Part shown: positions 29,073 to 39,368 of the stretch, in pieces | How positions within the stretch are numbered: position 1 is the stretch's first letter | How the letters are laid out: every line of letters starts with the position of its first letter | Assembly (NCBI GenBank): GCA_965217185.1 | Contig: OZ244252.1 | Coordinates: 3,904,001-3,968,000 of the forward strand | Source of the DNA: an uncultured Candidatus Entotheonella sp. | Lineage (GTDB): Bacteria; Tectomicrobia; Entotheonellia; Entotheonellales; Entotheonellaceae | Direction of reading: 5' to 3' | Length of the DNA stretch: 64,000 bases | Notes under the pieces: generated by a model | What the model was told of the DNA's origin: nothing | Databases searched by the model: none | Seen by the model: only the letters and a program-made list of their open reading frames with translations | Position numbers and translations under genes: made by a program

Positions 29073-29965
29073 GGTTCCACATCGTGCGCCCTGGTCGCCT
29101 GATTCTCCGTGCGGCGCCGTACTTGGTGTACGGTGTGGTGGTTTTCGGCGTCTGCCTGTACGTCACCTTGCCGTACGACCTGCTGGCGCAATACGGCGTC
29201 GAGCATTGGGTTCCGCCGGGCGTGCAGATTCAGGCAACCGGGGTAAAGTCTCTCTTTCCGCCGGGCATGCAGGCGCAACGGGTGGCGGTGTCACTGGATG
29301 CGGCGGCAGGCTGGCAAGACATCGTGCAAGTCGCCGGGCTGCGGGTGCGGCCGAGTTGGCTGGCGCTGGCAACCGGCAGGCCGCAGGCCGAATTCAGCGC
29401 CGCCCTGTACGGCGGCCGGATAGAGGGTTACGTAAGCCGCAGGCGGGGCGAGAACGCGCCGGTGTGGGAGTTCCAGGTCACCTTCACCGACCTGGAGGTT
29501 GACCGCCATCCCCTGACGCAACGCGGTGCGGAAGCCTTTCTACGCGGCCGCTTCAGCGGCACGGTCAGTGCCCGCCTCGACGAACGCGGCCAGCTTCACG
29601 CCGCGTCGGTGGAATTGAACGCCGAGGAGTTGGTGTTTGCCGGACAGGTTCTGCAACTCCCGCTACAACAAGACATCGCTTGCGCCACCGCGCAGAGCGA
29701 AGCACAAGCGGCAACCGCCGACGCCGGCAACGTGTCGCTTTCCTGCAGCGGCGACGACCTCGATATCGCAGCGACCGGCACCGTGACCTGGCAGGGCTCG
29801 GTTCGCAACGCCGCGCTCGACCTGCGCTGGCAAGTTCGGTCGCAGGACCTCTACCGGCAGGAAGTCAATTTCCTGGGCGTCCTGGTCGGCCAGGAGCCCA
29901 ACGACGACGGCGAACTTTCGTTCCGCCTGTACGGTCCCTGGCAGCGCCTGCGCACGGGCGCTTAA
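29069..29965 (+). CDS. gspN: GspN-like protein
   Basis: N-terminal TM with LYVTLPYD, A.LYGG; overlaps the gspK stop. Confidence 0.6.
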   Translation: MRFHIVRPGRLILRAAPYLVYGVVVFGVCLYVTLPYDLLAQYGVEHWVPPGVQIQATGVKSLFPPGMQAQRVAVSLDAAAGWQDIVQVAGLRVRPSWLALATGRPQAEFSAALYGGRIEGYVSRRRGENAPVWEFQVTFTDLEVDRHPLTQRGAEAFLRGRFSGTVSARLDERGQLHAASVELNAEELVFAGQVLQLPLQQDIACATAQSEAQAATADAGNVSLSCSGDDLDIAATGTVTWQGSVRNAALDLRWQVRSQDLYRQEVNFLGVLVGQEPNDDGELSFRLYGPWQRLRTGA

Positions 29966-30057
29966 CCATCTTCGTCAAAACTGCTATGCCGTATAATAAG
30001 GCCTGATAACCTCAAAATAACAACATAAGGGGCCTCTTAACCTGTCAGGAGGGAGAC

Positions 30058-30545
30058 ATGGCCTACAGTGCTCGCACCGTGGCGAACTACTTAATCGAAG
30101 CAAAATCAAAGAAGGGTGGCACCCCGCCCACGCCGATGCAGCTTTTGAAGCTGGTTTACATTGCCCATGGCTGGAACCTTGCAATCAATGATCGTCCGCT
30201 GATCAATGATCGCATTGAAGCTTGGCGATATGGACCACAGTGATTCCGAAAATCTACCAAGACTTGAAAAAATGGGGCAATACACCTGTCAGAGAACTTC
30301 TACCGGCTCCTGCTTCAGAAGCAGGTAGCCTAGCGTCGGATGAGATGGCTGTTGTGGACGCAGTGCTAGATGCATATGGAAACCTCAGTGGCGTACAACT
30401 CTCCAACCTCACCCACGCATCTGGCACGCCATGGTACCAAGTGTATTACGATGAGAAACAAGACACGGGCGATGCTCAGATAGTTGACGATCGTATCAAA
30501 CAGCACTTTATTCGCTTGGCGAGTTCCAAAGCCCATGGCAAGTAG
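30058..30545 (+). pseudogene. Panacea/DUF4065 (SocA-like) antitoxin with 2-nt frameshift at ~30237
   Basis: VANY..TPMQLLKLVYIAHG..IEAWRYGP then V IP.IY..LSNLTH..TPW in the next frame. Confidence 0.82.
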
Positions 30546-31016
30546 CGAATGCAGCGCGGGCAACGATTCGAACATCGTGCCGGATAATGCCCACCCCACA
30601 CTTGAAAGCATTCGGGAATCAGGGGAGGTCCTGCAAGCTGACTCTGAACCCTCGGCAGGAGACGAGCGAATACTTCGTGAGGAGGGTCAGCGCCAGGAAT
30701 TTCAGGAGGCTCTGACCGATCAAACGAGGGCTCAAACCGAGCAAATACGCGACACAGGGAAGCTTCGTGAAAAATACGCTGAACGTGTCTACACGCTTCT
30801 GAAGTGGTGGGTGCGGGTTGCCGTTTTGCTGCTCGTTCTGGATGCTCTTGACCCTCCTTCAATTGTCAGGACACCCCCTGTATTGCTCGGTTTATTCCTG
30901 TGTTTGACGTCGAAAAACAGGCCATGCTCGCCTTCCTGGGCGGTACAACTGTCGCCGTAGTTGGCTTAGTCTTGGCAGTTGTGAAGGGGCTGTTCCCCGA
31001 CCCGACGAAGAACTGA
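30535..31016 (+). pseudogene. Two-TM membrane protein downstream of Panacea (putative partner), frameshifted at ~30860
   Basis: LREKYAERVY plus TM1, then in another frame AMLAFLGGTTVAVVGLVLAVVKGLF; overlaps the Panacea stop. Confidence 0.55.
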
Positions 31017-31291
31017 GAAAACCACCAAATCACTACCAACATATGCAATTCCCAGCATTGGCTTACATATCATCTCATCATTGTCGAACGGCGACGAGAC
31101 ATTCTCGTTGAGCTTGGGGAACGCGCGTTCAGAGTCAGTCCCCCGGAATGGCGATTCGAGGCGTTGGTGGCGCAGAGTAAACTGTACATGGTGCTGACCA
31201 ATCTTGAGCTACTGTACTGTGACGTACAAACGATATTCCGGGAACAACCCGAAGCCGACCGCCCCAGGTGGTCGTTGTGGAGACGTAGGAC

Positions 31292-33958
31292 ATGAGCATG
31301 ACCAGTCATGACATTCGCAAGGCGTTTTGGGGCTTTTTCGAGGCGCGCGGGCATCGCATCGTCAAAAGCGCCCCGCTGGTGCCGAAGGACGACCCCACCC
31401 TGCTGTTCACCAACGCCGGCATGGTGCAGTTCAAAGACGTGCTACTGGGCCGCGAAAAGCGCGATTACAACCGGGCGGTCACTTCGCAGAAATGCGTACG
31501 CGCCGGCGGCAAGCACAACGACCTGGAAAACGTCGGCTACACCGCCCGTCACCAGACGTTCTTCGAAATGCTCGGCAACTTCTCCTTCGGCGATTACTTC
31601 AAGTCCGGCGCCATCGCCTTCGCCTGGGAATTCCTCACCGAAGAGCTGTCGCTGCCCAAGGACAAGCTGTGGGTGACCGTCTTCCGCGACGACGACGAGG
31701 CGTTCGACATCTGGCGCGATGAGGTCGGCGTGCCGGTCGAGCGCATCGTGCGCATGGGCGAGAAGGACAACTTCTGGGCCATGGGCGACACCGGGCCGTG
31801 CGGGCCGTGCTCGGAAATCCACATCGATCAAGGCCCGGCCCTCGGCACCGGCCCCGAGGACGTGCTCGGCGGCGAGGGCGACCGCTACCTCGAATTGTGG
31901 AACCTGGTGTTCATGCAGTACGACCGCGACGCGCAGGGCAACCTGACGCCGCTGCCGCAACAGAACATCGACACCGGCCTGGGCCTGGAACGCATCGCTG
32001 CCATCATGCAAGGCGTACACAGCAATTACGACACCGACCTGCTGCGGCCGATCATCGGCGCCGTGGAGGAGTTGGTCGGCAAACCCTACGGCGACGGCCA
32101 GGCGGACGACGTGTCGATGCGGGTGATCGCCGACCACATGCGCGCCGGCGTGTTTTTGCTGGCCGACGGCGTGCGGCCCGAAAACACCGGTCGCGGCTAC
32201 GTGCTGCGGCGCATCCTGCGCCGTGCCGCGCGGCACGGCAAGATGCTCGGCCTCGACGAGCCGTTCCTGTACCGTCTGGTAGACGCCGTGCTGCAGGTCA
32301 TGGGCGCGGCGTACCCGGAACTCACGCAGCAGAGCGACTATATCGCCAAAGCGCTGCTAGGCGAGGAGGAGCGTTTTCTGCACACCCTGCACCAGGGCTT
32401 GCGCGAACTGGACGCCCTGCTGGAGCAGCACCACGCCGACGGCAGCAAGCGCATCACCGGCTCGGAAGCCTTCCGCCTTTACGACACCTTCGGCTTTCCC
32501 ATCGATCTGGCTACGGAAGTCGCGGTGGAAAGGGGCATGGACCTTGACCGCGAGGGATTTGAGGCCGCCCTGGAGAGCACCCGCCAGCAGGCGCGGGAGA
32601 CCTGGAAAGGCTCCGGCGAGGTGCAGGTATCGCCGGTGTACCAGAACGTGCTGCAACACGTCGGCGGCTGCGATTTTCTCGGCTACGCGACTGATCGGAC
32701 GACCACCCCGGTGGCGGCAATCATCGTGGACCAGCAGGCGGTGCGGGAGGCGTCGCCCGGCCAGGAGATCGAGTTGGTGTTCCCGCGCACGCCGTTCTAT
32801 GGCGAGGGCGGCGGCCAGGTCGGCGACAGCGGCGTCGCGGTGGCGCCAGAGTTGGGCGTCGAGATCGAAATCCGCGACACCCAGAAGCCCCTGGAGGACC
32901 TGATCGTGCACCGGGGCGTGGTCAAGCGCGGCGTCGTCAAGCCGGACATGCCGCTGGAGCTGGCCATCGACGCCGAACGCCGCGAAGCCATCCGCAAGAA
33001 CCACACCGCCACCCACCTGCTGCACGCCGCGCTGCGCCAGGTGCTCGGCGATCACGTCAAGCAGGCCGGGTCGCTCGTGGCGCCGGACCGCTTGCGCTTC
33101 GACTTCACGCATTTCTCGCGCCTCAGCGAACGCGACATCGAGCGCATCGAAACGCTGGTGAACGAGCAGATCTGGGCCAACACGGCCCTCGCCACCTCGG
33201 TGCAGGACCTCGATTCAGCCATTGCCGGCGGCGCCCTGGCTCTGTTCGGCGAGAAGTACGGCGACAGCGTCCGCACCGTGCAGGTGCCGGGCTTCAGCCA
33301 CGAACTGTGCGGCGGCACGCACGTCGGTGCCACCGGGGAGATCGGCTTTTTCACCCTGACGTACGAGGGCGGCATCGGCTCCGGCGTGCGGCGCGTCGAG
33401 GCGCTGACCGGCCCCGGCGCCTTTGCGCGGGTGAAGCGCGAGGAGCGCGTGCTCAGCGACCTGCGCCAGGTGCTGAAGGCGCAGCCCGACGAAGAGCTGG
33501 ACAAATTGCAGCGGCTTACGGCGCAGCAGCGCGAGCTGGAACGGCAGATCGAGGCGCTGCAGCAACGCCTGGCCTCGGCGCAGACGCAGGACCATTTCGG
33601 CAACGTCCAGGAGGTGGCGGGCATGAAGACGCTGGCACTGTGCCTGGACAACTTCGACCGCAAGGCACTGCGCTCGTTCGTGGATACCGCTAAGGAACGG
33701 CTGGGCTCCGGCGTCGTGGTGGCCGGCAGCGTGGCGGACGACAAGGTCGCCCTGGTGGCGGGCGTCACGCCGGACCTGACGGCGCGCCTGTCGGCGGGCG
33801 ACCTGCTCGGCAAGGTGGCGGCGTTGACCGGCGGCAAGGGCGGCGGCCGGCCCGACATGGCGCAGGGCGGCGGCACGGATGCCGGCAAGCTGCCGGAAGC
33901 CATCGCCCAGGTGCCGGACATCATCACGGCCTTGGTTGGCAAGGAGGATGAGGCGTGA
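31292..33958 (+). CDS. alaS: Alanine--tRNA ligase
   Basis: DPTLLFTNAGMVQFK, FFEMLGNFSFGDYFK, GPCGPCSEI, HTATHLLH, ELCGGTHV, GKGGGRPDMAQGGG. Confidence 0.99.
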   Translation: MSMTSHDIRKAFWGFFEARGHRIVKSAPLVPKDDPTLLFTNAGMVQFKDVLLGREKRDYNRAVTSQKCVRAGGKHNDLENVGYTARHQTFFEMLGNFSFGDYFKSGAIAFAWEFLTEELSLPKDKLWVTVFRDDDEAFDIWRDEVGVPVERIVRMGEKDNFWAMGDTGPCGPCSEIHIDQGPALGTGPEDVLGGEGDRYLELWNLVFMQYDRDAQGNLTPLPQQNIDTGLGLERIAAIMQGVHSNYDTDLLRPIIGAVEELVGKPYGDGQADDVSMRVIADHMRAGVFLLADGVRPENTGRGYVLRRILRRAARHGKMLGLDEPFLYRLVDAVLQVMGAAYPELTQQSDYIAKALLGEEERFLHTLHQGLRELDALLEQHHADGSKRITGSEAFRLYDTFGFPIDLATEVAVERGMDLDREGFEAALESTRQQARETWKGSGEVQVSPVYQNVLQHVGGCDFLGYATDRTTTPVAAIIVDQQAVREASPGQEIELVFPRTPFYGEGGGQVGDSGVAVAPELGVEIEIRDTQKPLEDLIVHRGVVKRGVVKPDMPLELAIDAERREAIRKNHTATHLLHAALRQVLGDHVKQAGSLVAPDRLRFDFTHFSRLSERDIERIETLVNEQIWANTALATSVQDLDSAIAGGALALFGEKYGDSVRTVQVPGFSHELCGGTHVGATGEIGFFTLTYEGGIGSGVRRVEALTGPGAFARVKREERVLSDLRQVLKAQPDEELDKLQRLTAQQRELERQIEALQQRLASAQTQDHFGNVQEVAGMKTLALCLDNFDRKALRSFVDTAKERLGSGVVVAGSVADDKVALVAGVTPDLTARLSAGDLLGKVAALTGGKGGGRPDMAQGGGTDAGKLPEAIAQVPDIITALVGKEDEA

Positions 33959-34473
33959 ACCAGGACAGAAAAGCCGAGCCGCCCTGGAGCCATATCGACG
34001 CGCAAGGCCGCGCCAACATGGTCGACGTGGGCGCCAAGCCGACAAGCGAGCGCCAAGCGGTGGCGCGCGGCGCCGTTTACATGCAGGCGGTCACCCTGCG
34101 GGCCATCGTCGATCAGGAAATCAGCAAGGGCGACGTGCTCCAGGTGGCGCGCATCGCCGGCATCATGGCCGCCAAGCAGACGTCGTCGCTCATTCCCATG
34201 TGCCACCCGCTGGAGATCACCCACGTCAAGGTCGATCTGCAACCCGACGCCGTGGCCGCCTGCGTGCGACTCGAAGCCACCGTGCGCACCGTGGGGCGCA
34301 CGGGGGTCGAGATGGAGGCGCTGACCGCGGTCAGCGTCGCGGGGCTGACCGTCTACGACATGTGCAAGAGCCTGGACCGGCAGATGCGTCTCGGCGACGT
34401 GGAGTTACTCTCCAAGAGTGGTGGCAAGAGCGGGCGGTACACGCATCCCGATTATCGCGGTCAGGAGGGATGA
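33955..34473 (+). CDS. moaC: Cyclic pyranopterin monophosphate synthase
   Basis: MVDVG.K, LIPMCHPL, TGVEMEALT, YDMCK, KSGGKSG. Confidence 0.97.
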   Translation: MNQDRKAEPPWSHIDAQGRANMVDVGAKPTSERQAVARGAVYMQAVTLRAIVDQEISKGDVLQVARIAGIMAAKQTSSLIPMCHPLEITHVKVDLQPDAVAACVRLEATVRTVGRTGVEMEALTAVSVAGLTVYDMCKSLDRQMRLGDVELLSKSGGKSGRYTHPDYRGQEG

Positions 34474-34474
34474 C

Positions 34475-34768
34475 ATGAACCGGAGCGAGTTCTGGACGAT
34501 CATTGCGGCGGCCGCCGCCGTAGTCGTTTTATTGTGGACGATCTGGAGCGACGTTGCCGAAAACCGGCGCGCCATCAGCCAGGGATTCATCGAGGTTCAC
34601 AAGGAGGTCGCCGGTGTGCACAAGGTACTGGCTGCGATCCAGGTAAGCATTGCGGACCTTCGCACCGAGATGATCCGCGAGACATCACAGAACCGCGAAG
34701 ACATCAGCAAGGTGAACTCGCGGATCGACGTTCTGGAGGCGGCGAGGGAGCAAAGGCCCGCCGAATGA
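34475..34768 (+). CDS. Small single-TM coiled-coil hypothetical protein
   Basis: RBS GGAGG; hydrophobic N-terminus followed by heptad-like helix. Confidence 0.55.
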   Translation: MNRSEFWTIIAAAAAVVVLLWTIWSDVAENRRAISQGFIEVHKEVAGVHKVLAAIQVSIADLRTEMIRETSQNREDISKVNSRIDVLEAAREQRPAE

Positions 34769-34790
34769 CTTTGCAAAAGGAACCAACGAC

Positions 34791-35879
34791 ATGCAGGTAA
34801 CGCACGTGAAGACCCGGGTGCTGAGCACGCCGGCTGACAATCCCCTGGTGGTCGGGCTGCCGGTTGGCGACGCGACCCGCGAGTTCGTCACCTTGGAACT
34901 GGGCACCGACGCAGGATTGACGGGCATCGGGCTGACCTTCTTCGGCGGCCCGCTGACCAAGGCGCTGCGGGAAGCCATCGAGGCGCTGGGCGCCCTCGTG
35001 GTGGGCGAGAACCCGCTGTACGTCGAGCGTATCGCCGACAAGCTGCGCGGAGCGGCCAGCGGCGCCGGGCCCGGCGGCATTTTCACCCTGGCCATGGCGG
35101 CTATCGACTTGGCGCTGTGGGACCTGAAGGGCAAGGCGCTCGACCAGCCGGTGCACGCCCTGCTCGGCGGCTACCGCGACCGTGCCCCCACCTACGCCAG
35201 CGGCGCCCTGATGCGCGATTTTCCCACCCCCTACCTGAAGGACGCCGGACCGCGCCTGGTGGACATGGGCTTCCGGCAGATGAAGATGCAGCTTGGCGGC
35301 GAGCTGACCGTCGAGCGCGAGTTGGAGCGCGTGCGACTGATCCGCGACGGCATCGGCGCCGAGATCGACCTGATGTGCGACATCAACCAGTTGTGGAACG
35401 TCAACCAGGCCATCGACATGGGCCGGCGGCTGGAGCCGTTCGACCTGTTCTGGCTGGAGGACGTGGTGGCACACGACGACTTCCAAGGACTGGCGCGCGT
35501 CGCCGATGCCCTGACCACGCCCATCGCCACCGGCGAGTACCATTACGGCATCGTGCCGTTCCGCCACATGCTGGAGGCGCGCTCCGTCGACATCGTCATG
35601 ATCGACGTGCTGCGCGCCGGCGGCATCACGCAGTGGATGAAGATCGCTGGCATGGCCGAGGCGTTCAACCTGCCGGTGGTCAGCCACCTGCTGCCGGAAA
35701 TCCACGTGCACATGATGGCCGCCATCCCCAACGGCCTGACCATCGAGTACATGCCCTGGAGCCTGCGTCTGTTCGAGGAAACCCCGGCTCTCGAGGACGG
35801 TCAACTGGTGGTGCCGTCCAAGCCCGGCCTGGGGCTGGCCTTCTCCGCCGAGACCATCAAGCGCTATGAGGTCAGCTAA
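34791..35879 (+). CDS. Mandelate racemase/muconate lactonizing enzyme family protein
   Basis: AIDLALWDLKGK, LMCD.NQ, WLED, IATGE, GGIT, PGLG. Confidence 0.9.
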   Translation: MQVTHVKTRVLSTPADNPLVVGLPVGDATREFVTLELGTDAGLTGIGLTFFGGPLTKALREAIEALGALVVGENPLYVERIADKLRGAASGAGPGGIFTLAMAAIDLALWDLKGKALDQPVHALLGGYRDRAPTYASGALMRDFPTPYLKDAGPRLVDMGFRQMKMQLGGELTVERELERVRLIRDGIGAEIDLMCDINQLWNVNQAIDMGRRLEPFDLFWLEDVVAHDDFQGLARVADALTTPIATGEYHYGIVPFRHMLEARSVDIVMIDVLRAGGITQWMKIAGMAEAFNLPVVSHLLPEIHVHMMAAIPNGLTIEYMPWSLRLFEETPALEDGQLVVPSKPGLGLAFSAETIKRYEVS

Positions 35880-35917
35880 AGCACTTTCGGATCAAGACGG
35901 CCTGTCGCCAGGGCTTT

Positions 35918-36029
35918 CCCCCTCACCCCAACCCTCTCCCACCAAGGGAGAGGGAGTAAACCCCCTTTGTGTTGGAAGGTTAAGTCTGATCCCCTCCCCC
36001 CGCCGCGGGGGAGGGCTAGGGAGAGGGGG
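35918..36029. repeat. Inverted pair of REP-like units (CCCTCACCCCAACCCTCTCCC..GGGAGAGGG type)
   Basis: Two hairpin units in inverted orientation, about 35 nt apart, intergenic. Confidence 0.7.
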
Positions 36030-36032
36030 CAT

Positions 36033-37553
36033 ATGAGGCGGCCGGAGTCTTCCCGTTGCGATCAGAACCGAAAATGCTCTAAGCCGCCCGAGCGGCCTTT
36101 TGCCCCCCGCACCTACGGCAGGCTGGAACAGGTGACGCCGCGCGTCTACTTGTTCCGCAACGTGGTCAACAGCGTGGTGGTGCTGGGGGACGACGCCGTG
36201 GCAGTGATCGACACGCAGGTGAATGCGCCGATGGCGCGGCGCCTGCTGGCACACGTGCGGGAGTTGTCCGACAAGCCGCTGCGCTGGGCCGTCAACACGC
36301 ACTATCACTGGGATCACACCGCCGGCAACGGCGTCTTCCGGGAAGCCGGCGCAACCCTCGTTTCCAGCGCCCTGACGCGGGAATTCATGCACACGCGGGC
36401 CGCCCGGCAGCAGGCGTTCCTCGCCTCGCGCGGCTTTGAGCTCGGGCCGGAGCCCTGCCTGGCGGATGAGACGGTAGCGGGCGAGCGAGAGATCGACATC
36501 GGCAACCAGCGCCTGGTGCTGAAGCCGCTGGGCGCGGCGGAAACCGACGACGCCCTGGCAGTCCACCTGCCGCAGGAAGGCTGCGTGGCGGCGGGCGATA
36601 CGGTGATGACCGGCAGCTTTCCGATGTTCGGCCAGCCGGTGATGGACGAAGGGCTGATGGGTACGCCGCGCTGGCTGGACACCCTGGCTGCCATCGAGCG
36701 CCTAAAGCCGGAGCACGTGCTCCCCGGCCACGGCCCCGTGGCCCACGAGGCGGAACTGTCCTTCCTCAAACGCCTCGAACGCTACTTCCTGGATGAAGTC
36801 GCCGCCCGCGTGGCGCGCGGCATGCCGCTGCCGGCATTGCTGGCCGATCTGGAGGCGCAACTGCCCGAGTGGATCATGGCGATTCCGGTCGTCTGGGGCA
36901 CGCCACGCTACGCCATCCTGCGCGTTTACCGCGGCCTGGTGCAGAGCGAGGGCGATGAACCCGGCTGGCAGCAATTCAAGCCGTCGGCCATTCCCTGTTC
37001 CGACCCCGGCCGCGTGTCAGCGGCCTGCGAAGGGCTGACGACCGTTGCATCGTTCCAAGCCGCCGCTCAGGAATTTGCCGAAGGCGGCGACCCCGGCAGC
37101 GCCATCGCCACTGCCCGCCGCGCCACCGAATGCCTGCCGGATCAGCCGGCCGCTTGGGTCTGCCTCGCGGACTATCTCGTGCGCGGCGCCACGCATGCCG
37201 CCAGCGTGCTCGAAAAAGGCGACTTCTTCGCGCCGGCCCGCGCCGCCTTGCAACATGCTCTTGACCTCGACCCCGCCTACGCCCCGGCCCGCCTCGCCCT
37301 CGGCCGCTTTCTCGTCATGTCGGCTTACCGCAACGGCCACGACCCTGATCCCGGCATGACCCATTTGCATCACGTCATCGACGCCGCGCCCAAGGACGCC
37401 GCCCTCCTGGCCGACGCTCACTTCTACCTCGGCATGGCGCACCGCACCCAATCCGACGAACCGCAGGCCCGCGCCGCTTTCACCACCGCCCTTCGCCTCC
37501 TGCCAACTCATCACGCCGCCCGCCTCGCCCTCGCTGCAAGCGAGACATGCTGA
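36033..37553 (+). CDS. MBL-fold metallo-hydrolase with C-terminal TPR-like repeats
   Basis: NTHYHWDH, AAGD, PGHG; ALDLDP.YAPARLALG and AHFYLG.A; start uncertain. Confidence 0.78.
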   Translation: MRRPESSRCDQNRKCSKPPERPFAPRTYGRLEQVTPRVYLFRNVVNSVVVLGDDAVAVIDTQVNAPMARRLLAHVRELSDKPLRWAVNTHYHWDHTAGNGVFREAGATLVSSALTREFMHTRAARQQAFLASRGFELGPEPCLADETVAGEREIDIGNQRLVLKPLGAAETDDALAVHLPQEGCVAAGDTVMTGSFPMFGQPVMDEGLMGTPRWLDTLAAIERLKPEHVLPGHGPVAHEAELSFLKRLERYFLDEVAARVARGMPLPALLADLEAQLPEWIMAIPVVWGTPRYAILRVYRGLVQSEGDEPGWQQFKPSAIPCSDPGRVSAACEGLTTVASFQAAAQEFAEGGDPGSAIATARRATECLPDQPAAWVCLADYLVRGATHAASVLEKGDFFAPARAALQHALDLDPAYAPARLALGRFLVMSAYRNGHDPDPGMTHLHHVIDAAPKDAALLADAHFYLGMAHRTQSDEPQARAAFTTALRLLPTHHAARLALAASETC

Positions 37554-37563
37554 CGGTGCCGGG

Positions 37564-38264
37564 TCAATGCGATTCCAGCAGATGTTCCAACCGGGATAAC
37601 CAATCAGCGAAATGGGGACACTGGCCGCGAATCGTGTCGAGGCCGATGTGCAAGGCGGCGTTGGTGCCGTCCAAGGGCTTTTGGTAGCCGGGCACCAGGG
37701 CCGTAATACGCTTGGAGGGAGCGGTGAACGGAGAATCGTTGAAGTGTTCCGGGGTGTCGAATTGGTCTCGGATGTCCTGGAAGTCTCTGACAAGTTGAGC
37801 CCCGTTGCCGATTCCCTCCGCGAAGCGTCGGCAGTCACTGAACAGTAGGGCTTCGAACTCGTGCATCATGACGAACGGCACGAATCGGCTGTCGTTGAAT
37901 CCGTGGTCCGTGTGCCTGATGACATCATCGTGGAGGGCATTTTCGACGCTGACCGGCCTGCACGGAAATGGCAACTGGGCAGAATCAACGCGCTTGGGCA
38001 AGCGCGAGTGCCCGTCTGCGGCAGGCCATAGTAATCCACCATCGTGCTGACGACGCACCCAGTATCAGCATTCAAATGATTGACGATACCCTGCCGCACC
38101 GACGACCAAGCACGACCCCCACCGCGTCCAGACCGTTGACGGGCATTCCCCATCAATCGGGCACCGACCTGGGAATAACCGATACGGTAAAGATGCGGCG
38201 CGAGTAATTTGTTGACGAATGTTTCTTCGGTTTCGCCTTCGACATGGACCAGCAATCGTGTCAT
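37564..38264 (-). pseudogene. DUF4276 family protein with 1-nt frameshift at ~37998
   Basis: VEGETEETF..TMVDYYGLP then HEFEALLFSD..TAPSKRI..YQK..CPHF.W in the adjacent frame. Confidence 0.8.
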
Positions 38265-38285
38265 GCGCTGTAAATCCGTGGGGCG

Positions 38286-39368
38286 TCAAGCCGGGCGGCC
38301 GCCAATCTCGTTCTTCTCCCACAGTTGCCCAAGGCTGTAATCCTCCAGCCACGCTTCCAAACCCTTGGAGTCAAGACGCGTAAAGGTCACTTCACCGTTT
38401 ACCCGGTCAGCCATGATCACGTCTTCCGGCTCAAAATGGTCGAGCAGGAAGGGAGACTGGGTGGCCATGACGACTTGTGTCTCCAGGGAAGCCTTTTTGA
38501 CCAAGGAAGCCAGCATGGTGATGGCATATGGGTGCAGGCCGAGTTCGGGCTCGTCCAGAAGAATGACAGACGGCCGTGTCTCTGGCGGCTGCTGCAAGAG
38601 GGTGGTCAGGGCGATGAAGCGCAAAGTGCCGTCCGAAAGCGACGCTACGTCGAAATCGGCATCCGAATCCCGGTGCCGCCATTGAAGGCGAATGGTGTCT
38701 TCGTTGAGTGCCAGCGGCGCCAGGAAAAAATCGTCGAAAAACGGGGCAACCAGTTGGATAGTGCGTCGAATCAGATTGTAGCCGACCTCGTGTTTTTGGC
38801 GTAAAAGGTACAGGAACGAGGCCAAATTCGAGCCGTCCTCACGCAAGAAGCGATTGTCGTGCACATCCCACGTTCTCTTCATCGGTGACACGCTGCTGGT
38901 GTCCTGGAAATGATAGTGGCGCCACGTGTCCAGATAGTCACGAATGCATGCCGGAATTTCCGTTCCGAAGCGCGTATCAGCGATTCCCGCCTCGCCGCTG
39001 GAACCCACTAACGTGTATTCAGTCGTTTCGTCCCGCACAGTCTGCGTTTCTGGAAACAGCGAGTCGTCATCCCTCGGGACAAGTTTTATCTCGTATTGAT
39101 TAGCACCTTGGTTAAAGGAGACGAAAATTCTGAGTTCCGTAGTCACTCTGGCGCCAAAGTGCAGGATGCGGTTCGCGCCCCCGGCCGTCCCGACGTAGTG
39201 CCGGAGCCGTTCCCTCCAAATCGCCCGCAAGAACGCAAAAGCCTCAATAAAGCTTGATTTGCCGGAGCCGTTCGGACCGATCAGGACGTTGATCGGGCCG
39301 AGCTTCAGGCGCTCCACGTTCTTGATGCTCTTGAATCCCTTGATGGTAATGCAGTCGAGAGTGGCCAT
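38286..39368 (-). CDS. AAA_21/AbiEii-like ATPase
   Basis: GPNGSGKS, LSDGTLRF, LLDEPELGLHP, ATQS, YSLGQLWEKN. Confidence 0.88.
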   Translation of the reverse strand: MATLDCITIKGFKSIKNVERLKLGPINVLIGPNGSGKSSFIEAFAFLRAIWRERLRHYVGTAGGANRILHFGARVTTELRIFVSFNQGANQYEIKLVPRDDDSLFPETQTVRDETTEYTLVGSSGEAGIADTRFGTEIPACIRDYLDTWRHYHFQDTSSVSPMKRTWDVHDNRFLREDGSNLASFLYLLRQKHEVGYNLIRRTIQLVAPFFDDFFLAPLALNEDTIRLQWRHRDSDADFDVASLSDGTLRFIALTTLLQQPPETRPSVILLDEPELGLHPYAITMLASLVKKASLETQVVMATQSPFLLDHFEPEDVIMADRVNGEVTFTRLDSKGLEAWLEDYSLGQLWEKNEIGGRPA

